DNA of 64,000 bases from an uncultured Defluviitaleaceae bacterium (GCA_964468805.1 CAYXWM010000002.1:25270-89269); one strand, 5' to 3'. Numbered from the stretch's first letter, positions 30,394 through 38,750 are shown. Translations and numbers: made by a program. The notes: a model not told the origin generated them from the letters alone.

Positions 30394-31608
30394 TTACAGA
30401 TTATGAGGAAGCTGTGGGTTATCGGAAAAATGTTTAAGTATGACCAGAGAATCTGTTTTAGATGGGTTATTTATAACTACGCCTTCTTTTGCCGCCTTAT
30501 AGGTAACAAAATATTCGTCATGTGTAAGTTCTCCGTAACGGATTAATGCAGGTGATTCTATTTCCCAAGTACCGAAAGTACCGTGTCCTTCGAGACAGAT
30601 TACTCCGTAAGGAGCCTCGTCTATGATAGTTACGCTGCGACCGGGAAGTATGGTGAGGCGTTTTGCGGATACTTCCTTGCATTTATAGCAAATCCATTCC
30701 TCAATGTAACCGGCCTCTGTCATTTCCTCCAATGCCTTAACATATACGGGTTTCATATAATAATTTTCATGGAAGTTGGGGTCTATGTTTTTCTCCCAGT
30801 CGATAACTTCCAACAGATACTCATAATCACCGATTTTTTCTTTGGGTGTATTCTTCCAAAGTAAATCCTCCGAAACAATTTGACCGTTCATAAGCACTGA
30901 TTGATACATGGCATAAACATCCGAAGCAAACTGAGGCTCATATGTACAAAGGCTTCCCGGGGCGTGCAGAACTCCCGGAGGAACATCCCAACCGGTATCA
31001 GGTTCAAGTTTATAGGCTCTGGAGAGAGCAAGAATATTATTGTCTCCCTTCGGAAAGTTTTTCAGTGCTTCAAGAGCCTGTTCTTTTGTAGTTTCGGGAT
31101 TGAAGCCGAAGAAGGTAAAAGGAAATTCGCCGCCGTGATTATTTAATTGAGAAGGGAAAAAATACATTTCCGGTTTTCCGCAGGCACCAACCTTTTCGGC
31201 ATGTTCGTTTCTGTGATGAATGTGATGGGGTAAAGGCCCGGCGTTGTCAAAGAATTTAGAGAACATAGCCCATCTTCCGTATTTTTTCCAAAGAGTTTCG
31301 CCTATGATTTCTGCACCGAGAAGTTCAATTGCATCTTTAAGCAATATTTTTTCCTTTCCTTCATCATCTGCAACTATATAACTTAGCCCTTCATCTTCAG
31401 GGGTTAAAGGTCCGTTTTCAGCCCAAGTGGTAGAAGCAAGCCAGCGTTCGTCAATTCCGCCTCTTTCTCCCAAAATAAAATAATCATTGGGATGAAGCTT
31501 AATTCTTTTACCCGGTCTGCAAAAAGCTCGTGGTACCCATACCGGAGCCAACCTTAAAATTCCTTTACCTTGCTCAAGAGCCTTTTCTGCCAATGTTTTT
31601 TTATCCAT
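30394..31608 (-). CDS. PMI-like cupin protein, uncharacterised family, paralog 2 (first gene of the LacI-controlled operon)
   Basis: Same architecture as 23751-24959 (ERWLASTTWAENGP, PLPHHIHHRNEHA, PPGVLHAPGSLCTYEPQFASD). Confidence 0.55.
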   Translation of the reverse strand: MDKKTLAEKALEQGKGILRLAPVWVPRAFCRPGKRIKLHPNDYFILGERGGIDERWLASTTWAENGPLTPEDEGLSYIVADDEGKEKILLKDAIELLGAEIIGETLWKKYGRWAMFSKFFDNAGPLPHHIHHRNEHAEKVGACGKPEMYFFPSQLNNHGGEFPFTFFGFNPETTKEQALEALKNFPKGDNNILALSRAYKLEPDTGWDVPPGVLHAPGSLCTYEPQFASDVYAMYQSVLMNGQIVSEDLLWKNTPKEKIGDYEYLLEVIDWEKNIDPNFHENYYMKPVYVKALEEMTEAGYIEEWICYKCKEVSAKRLTILPGRSVTIIDEAPYGVICLEGHGTFGTWEIESPALIRYGELTHDEYFVTYKAAKEGVVINNPSKTDSLVILKHFSDNPQLPHNL

Positions 31609-31640
31609 AGTATCTCTCCTCAGTGAGTATAATTTCTATA

Positions 31641-31658
31641 TAAAAAAACGTTTTTCTG
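31641..31658. promoter_or_regulatory. Second operator-like site O2 (imperfect), downstream of the promoter
   Basis: TAAAAAAACGTTTTTCTG shares the AAAAACGTTTTTCTG half with O1. Confidence 0.45.
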
Positions 31659-31670
31659 ATTGATAAAGTC

Positions 31671-31699
31671 ATCATATCAGAAAAACGTTTTTCTGTCAA
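31671..31699 (-). promoter_or_regulatory. Promoter of the LacI-controlled sugar operon
   Basis: On the minus strand: TTGACA (31699-31694), 17-nt spacer, TATGAT (31676-31671). Confidence 0.6.
31678..31695. promoter_or_regulatory. Perfect 18-bp palindrome; candidate LacI-family operator O1 in the promoter spacer
   Basis: CAGAAAAACGTTTTTCTG is its own reverse complement and fills the -35/-10 spacer. Confidence 0.65.
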
Positions 31700-31824
31700 T
31701 AAGCTAAGTATACAGTTAATAATTTTTGTATATAATGTGCAAATTGCATAATATGCTTTTGTTAAATATTACTTTTTAGCATAATTATATTTAATTTACA
31801 ATAATTTGAATTTTAGATAAGACC

Positions 31825-31853
31825 CTCGGCGGAAAAACGTTTTTTCTACCGAG
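31825..31853. promoter_or_regulatory. Third AAAACGTTTT-core palindrome, next to the lacI-family gene 3' end
   Basis: CTCGGCGGAAAAACGTTTTTTCTACCGAG. Could be a distal operator or a hairpin. Confidence 0.35.
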
Positions 31854-31863
31854 CAAAAAAATA

Positions 31864-32940
31864 TTACCAATCTCCCAGTATCCAGTCTTCAATTCCTTCT
31901 GCCGAAGTAGACTTACGTACCACCAGCCTTGTGTCCATTTTTATACCTTTTGCTGAATCTTTTTCGTCTCCGTCTATTTTTTTCATGAGCAACTCCATAG
32001 CTGTCAAACCGATATTTTTCTTACGTACATGAACAGTACTCAAAGAAGGCTCCAATATACTTGAGATAAATACGTTATCATACCCTATTACCTTAACATC
32101 CTCGGGAACTTTTATCTTCTGTTCGGACAATGCCCTCAAAGCCCCTACTGCCATTTGGTCGTTGGCTATAAACACACCATCTATTTTTGGAAATTTACGC
32201 AGCAACTCATTCATAGCAAGATAACCGCTTTGATGAGTGTAGTTACCGTTGGCTACATTAATGTTCTCATCGTAAAATAAATTTTTTTCTCTTAAAATGC
32301 TTTGAAACCCTTGGGCACGTTCCATTGCAACGCTGGAGAATATAGGTCCCGTAATATGGCCCATGTTTTTACAACCGCAGGATATAAGATGTTCTGTTGC
32401 GGTTCTTCCGCCTTCGAAACCGTCAGCAAATACAGAATCTATACCAAGGTGGGAAAAATCCTGTTCTATGGCTACAAGAGAAATTTTTTTATGTAGGCTT
32501 GCCATTTTTTTAATCTCTTTTATATAGGTGGGTGCCATTTGTTTAGTTACCGTAGACGCAAAAATAATCCCGTCAACACGGTTGGAAATAAGCTTTTTAA
32601 AACTCTGCATTTCACGTTCCATGCTCCCTATAGAATCGTTAATACCGTTGGTATCGCAGATGATAATGCTGTAACCGTATTTATTGGCTTTTTCGTAAAT
32701 ACCTTTAACTACATAGGGGTAAAAAAGCCCACACATATCCACGGTAATTACCCCAATAGTCTTTGTTTTTTTCACTTTCATATTTCGGGCAACCGGGTCA
32801 ACTTCATAATTCAATTCTTGAACTGCTATTTGTACTTTTTGTTTTAAAATTTCACTGACATACTTTGTTCCGTTTAAAACGTTGGACACGGTAGAAATAG
32901 ATACTCCGGCTCTTTTGGCTACGTCTTTGATACTTACCAT
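31864..32940 (-). CDS. LacI-family transcriptional regulator
   Basis: MVSIKDVAKRAGVSISTVSNVLNG HTH plus a sugar-binding PBP-type domain. Confidence 0.9.
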   Translation of the reverse strand: MVSIKDVAKRAGVSISTVSNVLNGTKYVSEILKQKVQIAVQELNYEVDPVARNMKVKKTKTIGVITVDMCGLFYPYVVKGIYEKANKYGYSIIICDTNGINDSIGSMEREMQSFKKLISNRVDGIIFASTVTKQMAPTYIKEIKKMASLHKKISLVAIEQDFSHLGIDSVFADGFEGGRTATEHLISCGCKNMGHITGPIFSSVAMERAQGFQSILREKNLFYDENINVANGNYTHQSGYLAMNELLRKFPKIDGVFIANDQMAVGALRALSEQKIKVPEDVKVIGYDNVFISSILEPSLSTVHVRKKNIGLTAMELLMKKIDGDEKDSAKGIKMDTRLVVRKSTSAEGIEDWILGDW

Positions 32941-33130
32941 GTAATTCTCCTCAGATATTTCTTTTATACATACTCAGTATATCCAATAATCAGCCAAATT
33001 GCAATATTTCCGGATTTTTGTTTGAATTAAAATTCCGTCTGACCTTAATACAGAATTAATTTTTTTTTACCTCTTAGTTTTACTCCCTATAACTTACTCT
33101 TTCCAAATAAGCAGAAAACTGAAACAGCCT

Positions 33131-33166
33131 AAAAAAAAAGAAGCGGATAACCTGCTTCTTTTTTTG
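33131..33166. terminator. Bidirectional terminator
   Basis: AAAAAAAAAGAAGC ggataacct GCTTCTTTTTTT. Confidence 0.6.
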
Positions 33167-33173
33167 GAATGTT

Positions 33174-33440
33174 CTATTTGTTTGCCCAACGTTTAAATGT
33201 GGGAAAATGTATTTTCATTTGTGCAATCGCTTCTTCTTTTGTGATATCCATGCCCCATTCGTCAATATGCTCGGCACAGAAAGCTATCATTTCATCCATG
33301 GTAATATCCGCTGTAAATTCACCGTCTTTGAAACAGAAGATACAGTATTCGGCGTTTTGGGAACCGTCTTTTTCTGTTCCGTAGTGGTCGTTTTGTTCCA
33401 AGGGCATACCACAACTTTGGCAAATAATCATTTCAGCCAT
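33174..33440 (-). CDS. Zinc-ribbon-domain protein (88 aa)
   Basis: CQSCGMP...YCIFCF Cys4 pattern. RBS aaggag 8 nt upstream. Confidence 0.5.
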   Translation of the reverse strand: MAEMIICQSCGMPLEQNDHYGTEKDGSQNAEYCIFCFKDGEFTADITMDEMIAFCAEHIDEWGMDITKEEAIAQMKIHFPTFKRWANK

Positions 33441-33551
33441 TTAAACACTCCTTCTAATCTTTCGCAAGTTATTAAATTTGTTAAGACGTTTTCAAATTCA
33501 GCTCAACAACCGGTTATACTAAACACTTATCAGTCAAGCACCGGTATACAG

Positions 33552-34013
33552 TTATTGTTTTACAGGGATAGATACTTTCGTCAACAGTTCCGCTTCGGGT
33601 ACGGAACAAGGGTCGTTTAAGTAGAAATCGTAATGGGCATCTGCAATTTCAAGCTTGTTTTGTTCAATCCAATCGTAAACTGCTTTGTAGGGTACATCAA
33701 GCTGTGCATAAGACCCTTGAAATAAACAGGTTATAGCTTTCCTTTCGGGAATGGTTCTTGATTTAAATTCGCCCTTTTCCGGTAAAAGTTTTGCCACCGG
33801 GAAGCCCATTTCCACGTCAAGATTTTGCATATCGTGGTTGTAGTACGCTCCGAAAGGAGGCCCTACAGGCTCCTCACCCATTTCAGCAATATAAGCTTGG
33901 ATTTTTTCAAAAGTTTCGCCAAATGCTTGTGACAGATTTTCCAAAGATGTGGTTAACCTAACAGAAACCACGTTTAAAGCAGGTTCAATTTCCGTTTTAA
34001 CATTTATATTCAT
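33552..34013 (-). CDS. GyrI-like small-molecule-binding domain protein
   Basis: 153 aa starting at ATG 34013 (MNINVKTEIEP...). Duplicated beta-alpha-beta-beta pattern with FGAYY...D...EMGFPV and HYDFYLNDP. Confidence 0.65.
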   Translation of the reverse strand: MNINVKTEIEPALNVVSVRLTTSLENLSQAFGETFEKIQAYIAEMGEEPVGPPFGAYYNHDMQNLDVEMGFPVAKLLPEKGEFKSRTIPERKAITCLFQGSYAQLDVPYKAVYDWIEQNKLEIADAHYDFYLNDPCSVPEAELLTKVSIPVKQ

Positions 34014-34050
34014 AAAGCACCTCCGTGGTATAAAGTCTACCGGAATAGGC

Positions 34051-34074
34051 TGACAACAGTATGTCATATTAAAA
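34051..34074. promoter_or_regulatory. 24-bp box, copy 1 (TGACA-N6-TGTCA core) upstream of the GyrI-like gene
   Basis: TGACAACAGTATGTCATATTAAAA, identical to 35071-35094. Confidence 0.5.
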
Positions 34075-34965
34075 ATAAAGTTTTAAAGTTTTTTCCAGCC
34101 GGCTTTTCATGGCAAGGGCTATATCTTCGGGTTCTAGTACCCTTGCCGTATCCGCATAGGACATTATATAGCTTAAAATCCATTCAACTTCCGGAAAATA
34201 AATTTCGGCAATAATACTTTTATCGGTTTTTTCAACAATACAAGAGTTGCCCATTTCGTCGTAAAATCTTGCCCAAGCCGGTTCGAAAAATTCAACAACC
34301 GTTCTGAGCTTACATATATAATCAAAATTATAGGGTTTTTGCTCCGGCAATTCTCTTATAAAGCTTTGGTTTGTGGTTGAAATATCATTCATTCTGGCTA
34401 TTTTAAAAGTTCTGTAATCCTGCCTTTCCGTACAATAGGCTTTTAAGTACCATGCCTTTTCTTTGAAATAAATTTGAAGGGGTTCTACGGTTCGCAGTAT
34501 TCCTTTGCTGCCGGGAGCGTAGTAAACAAATTGTATTATTAGCCTTGAAAGTATGGCGTTTTTCAGAATATTGAATTTTTCCTTTTCTTCGGGGTCACTG
34601 CCCCAATATGAATAATCAATGTCTATCCAATTGGTAAAACCTTTGTTGAAAAGTATACCCAGTTTGTTAAGAATTGAATCCGTGTTGGGAACGCTAAGGG
34701 TATTTAAACCGTGGAGAGCAGAGAGAATTTCCGTCTGTTCATGCTCCGTAAGCACAGACTTATTCAGCACAAAATTATCCAGCAGACTTATTCCGCCACC
34801 TTTACCTTTTGACATATAAATCGGTATACCGGCGGTACTGAGAGTTTCCACATCACGGTATACGGTTCTGCTTGAAACCCCGAAATGCTCTGCCAAGGCC
34901 TTGGCGGTTATTGATTTTTGATTAAGAAGGATGTATACTGTCTCGAACAAACGATTTATTTGCAT
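34069..34965 (-). CDS. YafY-family HTH + WYL-domain transcriptional regulator
   Basis: MQINRLFETVYILLNQKSITAKALAEHFGVSSRTVYRDVETLSTAGIPIY, followed by a WYL-type domain (AWYLKAYC..RQDYRTFKIARM). Confidence 0.8.
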   Translation of the reverse strand: MQINRLFETVYILLNQKSITAKALAEHFGVSSRTVYRDVETLSTAGIPIYMSKGKGGGISLLDNFVLNKSVLTEHEQTEILSALHGLNTLSVPNTDSILNKLGILFNKGFTNWIDIDYSYWGSDPEEKEKFNILKNAILSRLIIQFVYYAPGSKGILRTVEPLQIYFKEKAWYLKAYCTERQDYRTFKIARMNDISTTNQSFIRELPEQKPYNFDYICKLRTVVEFFEPAWARFYDEMGNSCIVEKTDKSIIAEIYFPEVEWILSYIMSYADTARVLEPEDIALAMKSRLEKTLKLYF

Positions 34966-35070
34966 AATATCACCTGCAATGGGTATTGTGTTTATCTGAA
35001 TCAAACTTACGTTTAATTAACGAGGGTTTCACGTTATCGAACAATTTACGTAAATTATAACATGATTACA

Positions 35071-35094
35071 TGACAACAGTATGTCATATTAAAA
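35071..35094. promoter_or_regulatory. 24-bp box, copy 2, between the WYL regulator gene and the divergent 35104 gene
   Basis: TGACAACAGTATGTCATATTAAAA, ending 9 nt before ATG 35104. Confidence 0.5.
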
Positions 35095-35103
35095 GGAGAG
35101 CTT

Positions 35104-35553
35104 ATGAAAGTCAACGAAATTATAGATTACTGCTTAAAAAATTTGGAAGGTACGGTTTTGGTTGAAAGCTGGGGAGAAAAAGGAATCTTTTACAATCCCG
35201 GAATGAAGCTCAAACGAGGGGTATACATTCTTACCGTAAAGGAAAAGGACGGCGAAAACGACAAGGCTTCTGATTTAAACAGAGAAAATGTATTTCGAGT
35301 AAATATGGGTATCAGAAAAAATACTTTTAAAGAGATATTCGGATTTATACCAAAACGTCCGCCGGCAGGAGGAGTAGTTGAAATGGACTATGACTTCACC
35401 CAAGCGGACAAAATAATACCACATCCCGTTTACGCTTGGATGGGATGGATAAGCGTAATTAATCCTTCGAATGAGACTTTTGAAGAATTAAAAAAATATA
35501 TAAGCGAGGCTTACGATTACTCCCGAGAAAAATTCAACAAAAAGAAATTGTAA
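35104..35553 (+). CDS. Hypothetical protein (149 aa)
   Basis: Good RBS aaaggagag. No family recognised with confidence. Confidence 0.5.
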   Translation: MKVNEIIDYCLKNLEGTVLVESWGEKGIFYNPGMKLKRGVYILTVKEKDGENDKASDLNRENVFRVNMGIRKNTFKEIFGFIPKRPPAGGVVEMDYDFTQADKIIPHPVYAWMGWISVINPSNETFEELKKYISEAYDYSREKFNKKKL

Positions 35554-35558
35554 TAAAA

Positions 35559-35600
35559 CAGAGGCAAATCCCAATTATGGATTTGCCTCTGTTTTTGTTT
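35559..35600 (+). terminator. Rho-independent terminator
   Basis: CAGAGGCAAATCC caattat GGATTTGCCTCTG followed by TTTTTG. Confidence 0.8.
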
Positions 35601-35677
35601 AATAAAGTATGCTGATTGTTAAATAATAGTTCCCCGGTATAAGGGTATAATAATTATGTGCCACTATATTAATGAAT

Positions 35678-36316
35678 TTACCAAATAAACCTATTATCAA
35701 ACAACATTCCGCTGAATCCGAAAAAGTTGGTCAACACATGTGAGAATATTACCAAGCCCAATGTCTTGGTTTTATAAGCCGTAAGCCCGTACAGCACTCC
35801 GGCTAGGGCTGCTCCCGCAAGCAAAATATAGTCTCCGCCTTTAAATTCTATACCCTTTGTTAAGGTTAAGGCTGTATGCCAAACGGTAAACATTATTGTG
35901 GGGTAAAGAAAGGCGTAATTAAAGCGTTTAAATTCTCCGGCATATGTGCCTCTCCAGTATATTTCCTCCACGGTACCGTTTATTACAGCCAAGACCGCAG
36001 CCAACAAGAACTGTATAGGACTTGCCTTGCCCAAAACAGGAATAAAAGATACATATCCGGTTACCATAGCCGGTAATATGGTTAGGAAAGTAAAGACTTT
36101 GTGTTTTGATATATTTAATGTAAGCATTTCCTTTAATTTACGGTTGCCCCTGAAAACCACATAGCAGGGAATACCGCAAAGTATCCAATAAATTACGTTG
36201 GAAATAACAAAGCCTCTAATTTCACCTATTTTTTCTGTAAGTTGGGGAAACAATAATATCATGGTCCCTACAATTAAAATAGGGTAGATTAACAAAAATT
36301 TCTGTTTGATATTCAA
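35678..36316 (-). CDS. CPBP-family intramembrane glutamic endopeptidase (CAAX protease-like)
   Basis: EEIYWRG motif 1, FTVWH and FSHVLTNF motifs, multi-TM. Confidence 0.75.
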   Translation of the reverse strand: MNIKQKFLLIYPILIVGTMILLFPQLTEKIGEIRGFVISNVIYWILCGIPCYVVFRGNRKLKEMLTLNISKHKVFTFLTILPAMVTGYVSFIPVLGKASPIQFLLAAVLAVINGTVEEIYWRGTYAGEFKRFNYAFLYPTIMFTVWHTALTLTKGIEFKGGDYILLAGAALAGVLYGLTAYKTKTLGLVIFSHVLTNFFGFSGMLFDNRFIW

Positions 36317-36536
36317 AGAAACTCCGCCTGTTCAATAATAGTATTATTAATTAATCTTTACCCAAAACAATATTCCATACCTTGATATTTAGTTAACATT
36401 ATATACCCCTTGTATCCCAAAACCCATGCCATGTATACTCCATACACTTTTATGGATTTTGGGCCGGTAAAAATACAAGTATTGGAATAAATTACCCGGT
36501 TTTGAAAATTTACTGTGAAATAATTTACTAAACCAC

Positions 36537-36565
36537 TTGACATATTTCATTTTTTTGGGTATTAT
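36537..36565 (+). promoter_or_regulatory. Promoter of the ptsH-ptsI-antiterminator operon
   Basis: TTGACA (36537-36542), 17-nt spacer, TATTAT (36560-36565). Confidence 0.55.
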
Positions 36566-36578
36566 TTTAATTAATAAA

Positions 36579-36606
36579 GTGTGTTACTGTTAAAACAGGC
36601 ATAAAC
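36579..36606 (+). promoter_or_regulatory. RAT (ribonucleic antiterminator) element
   Basis: AGTGTGTTACTGTTAAAACAGGCATAAAC contains TGTTACTG-N6-CAGGCA, as in Bacillus RATs (ptsG RAT recalled as ACGUGUUACUGAUUCGAUCAGGCAUGAGU). Overlaps the 5' arm of the following terminator. Confidence 0.7.
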
Positions 36607-36640
36607 TTTCACTATTTTGTGGGCGTTTATGCCTTTTTTA
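36597..36640 (+). terminator. Leader terminator controlled by the RAT
   Basis: AGGCATAAAC (36597-36606) pairs with GTTTATGCCT (36625-36634), followed by TTTTTT, 22 nt before the ptsH ATG. Confidence 0.7.
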
Positions 36641-36661
36641 TGTAAAAAAAGGAGAGATATT

Positions 36662-36919
36662 ATGAAATCATTTGAATATGTTATAAAAGACGAACTGGGT
36701 ATTCATGCCAGACCGGCGGGTTTATTGGTAAAACAATGTGCCGAATTTAATTCATCCGTAAAGATTACTTGCGGCTCAAAGCAAGCCGACGCAAAACGCT
36801 TGTTTAATGTTATGGGGCTTATTGCTAAACAAGGAGATTTAATTACTTTTACCATAGAAGGAGAAGATGAAGAAGCCGCCTTTTCTTCCATCAAAAATTT
36901 TGTTGAAAGCAATATCTAA
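36662..36919 (+). CDS. ptsH: Phosphocarrier protein HPr (His15 present, position 46 is Arg)
   Basis: MKSFEYVIKDELGIHARPAGLLV. The canonical KSIMGVM region reads KRLFNVM. RBS aaaggagag. Confidence 0.9.
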   Translation: MKSFEYVIKDELGIHARPAGLLVKQCAEFNSSVKITCGSKQADAKRLFNVMGLIAKQGDLITFTIEGEDEEAAFSSIKNFVESNI

Positions 36920-37021
36920 TACTGATTTCATCTTAAACAATGGACAAAAATAATTGATTTTTTTCCGACGGTTCAAGGAAAAAACAATTATTTTTGTCAT
37001 CCGTCTTATAAGGAATCAGTC
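36920..37021 (-). repeat. Family B repeat, copy B5 (between ptsH and ptsI)
   Basis: TACTGATTTCATCTTAAACAATGGACAAAAATAATTGATTTTTTTCCGACGGTTCAAGGAAAAAACAATTATTTTTGTCATCC...AGGAATCAGTCT. Starts immediately after the ptsH stop. Confidence 0.85.
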
Positions 37022-37046
37022 TAAGCAATTTTTTAGGAGGTCAACA

Positions 37047-38750
37047 ATGGAAACGATAATAGGCATCAATGCGTCCAAAGGTTATGCCATAGGTCGGGCT
37101 TTTTTCAATAAAACTACGGCATATAATACCGAAAAGATATCCGTTGATGATACAGCATCCGAGTGTTTGCGATTTCATACTGCAAAGGCAAAAAGTTTAT
37201 CTAAGCTTGATGCTCTTTATCAAAAGGCTTTAAAAGAAACCAATCCCGAAAATGCCGAAATATTTGAAGTACACAAAATGATGACGGAAGATTTGGATTT
37301 TGTGGAGGGTATTGAAGGAATAATCAATAACGAAAAAGCCAATGCCGAATACGCTATTCATAAAACAGCAGAGCAATTCAAAGAGATGTTTTTATCTTCG
37401 GGTGACGAATATATGACAGCCCGGGCGGCTGACGTTATCGACATAGAAAAAAATCTGCTTTCTTCCCTGTCCGGTACGGAAGAAAATAACCTTGTTATCA
37501 CAGATAGTTTCATTCTCTGTGCAGATGACCTTACTCCGGGCGAAACTATCTCTCTGGATAAGGATAAAGTTTTGGCCTTTGTTACCCAAACCGGGTCTAT
37601 GGCTTCTCATTCATCCATTTTGGCAAGAACCATGGGTATACCTGCGGTTGTTGGGCTGAAAGAAAAAATGAATTTTGAAGACGGGACAGAGCTTATAGTT
37701 GACGGAAACACAGGTTTGGTAATTATAAACCCGGATACCAAAACTTTGGAAAAATATAAAACTCTTAAAAATGCATTTGACGAAGAGAAGAAAGCATTGC
37801 TCGAAATGAAAGGTAAAAATGCCGTTTCTTTGGACGGTGTGGAGATAGAGGTTTTCGCAAATATAGGGCACCCCAAGAATGTTGATCTTTTGCTGGAAAA
37901 TGATGCTCAAGGCATAGGTTTGTTCCGCAGCGAGTTTATATATTTGGAAAGCGAAAGTTTACCCACAGAAGAATATCAATTTGAAATATATAAAGAGGTA
38001 TTGGAAAAAACAGAGGGACGCCGGGTAATTATCCGTACTCTTGACCTTGGAGCCGATAAGCAAGTTCCCTATCTTGACTTGGGTAAAGAAGACAATCCGG
38101 CTTTAGGTTACAGAGCCGTAAGAATTTCTCTGGGTAACAGAAAACTATTCAATCAGCAGTTACGTGCCCTTTACAGAGCTTCCGCTTACGGTAATCTTGC
38201 TATTATGATTCCTATGATTGTGGGAATAAACGAAGTTCTGCAAGTAAAAAAACAGATAGAAAACGTTAAAAAGGAATTAACTGAGGAAGGATTACCGTTT
38301 TCGGAAAATGTTCCTTTGGGCATAATGATAGAAACTCCCGCGGCGGTTATTATAAGCGATATTTTAGCTCAACATGTAGATTTCTTCAGTATAGGAACAA
38401 ACGACCTAACCCAATATACTTTAGCCGCAGACAGAATGAATGATAAATTATCCGATATATATAACCCAAGACACCCCGCTGTTTTGAGAATGATAAAAAT
38501 GACAGTGGAAAACGGCAATCGTCATGGCGTTTGGACGGGCATTTGCGGCGATTCCGCTTCAGATTTAAGCCTTATCCCAACCTATCTTGCCTTAGGGGTA
38601 AAAGAACTGTCTGTAGTACCCTCGGATGTTTTGTCCGTTAAAAAAGCCGTCAGAGAAACTGATGTATCAAAAATAAAGGAGGAAATTCTTCAAGAGCTTG
38701 AAGGGGGTAGCAAATATGTCCTACAAAATAGCCAACATTTACAACCATAA
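37047..38750 (+). CDS. ptsI: Phosphoenolpyruvate-protein phosphotransferase (PTS Enzyme I)
   Basis: GSMASHSSILARTMGIPAVVG (active-site His), GLFRSEF and IGTNDLTQY motifs. ATG 37047 after aggagg. Confidence 0.95.
   Translation: METIIGINASKGYAIGRAFFNKTTAYNTEKISVDDTASECLRFHTAKAKSLSKLDALYQKALKETNPENAEIFEVHKMMTEDLDFVEGIEGIINNEKANAEYAIHKTAEQFKEMFLSSGDEYMTARAADVIDIEKNLLSSLSGTEENNLVITDSFILCADDLTPGETISLDKDKVLAFVTQTGSMASHSSILARTMGIPAVVGLKEKMNFEDGTELIVDGNTGLVIINPDTKTLEKYKTLKNAFDEEKKALLEMKGKNAVSLDGVEIEVFANIGHPKNVDLLLENDAQGIGLFRSEFIYLESESLPTEEYQFEIYKEVLEKTEGRRVIIRTLDLGADKQVPYLDLGKEDNPALGYRAVRISLGNRKLFNQQLRALYRASAYGNLAIMIPMIVGINEVLQVKKQIENVKKELTEEGLPFSENVPLGIMIETPAAVIISDILAQHVDFFSIGTNDLTQYTLAADRMNDKLSDIYNPRHPAVLRMIKMTVENGNRHGVWTGICGDSASDLSLIPTYLALGVKELSVVPSDVLSVKKAVRETDVSKIKEEILQELEGGSKYVLQNSQHLQP

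Noticed and set aside
36358-36543. 61-aa minus-strand ORF upstream of ptsH
   Set aside because: It overlaps the ptsH promoter region and has no RBS or recognisable features.
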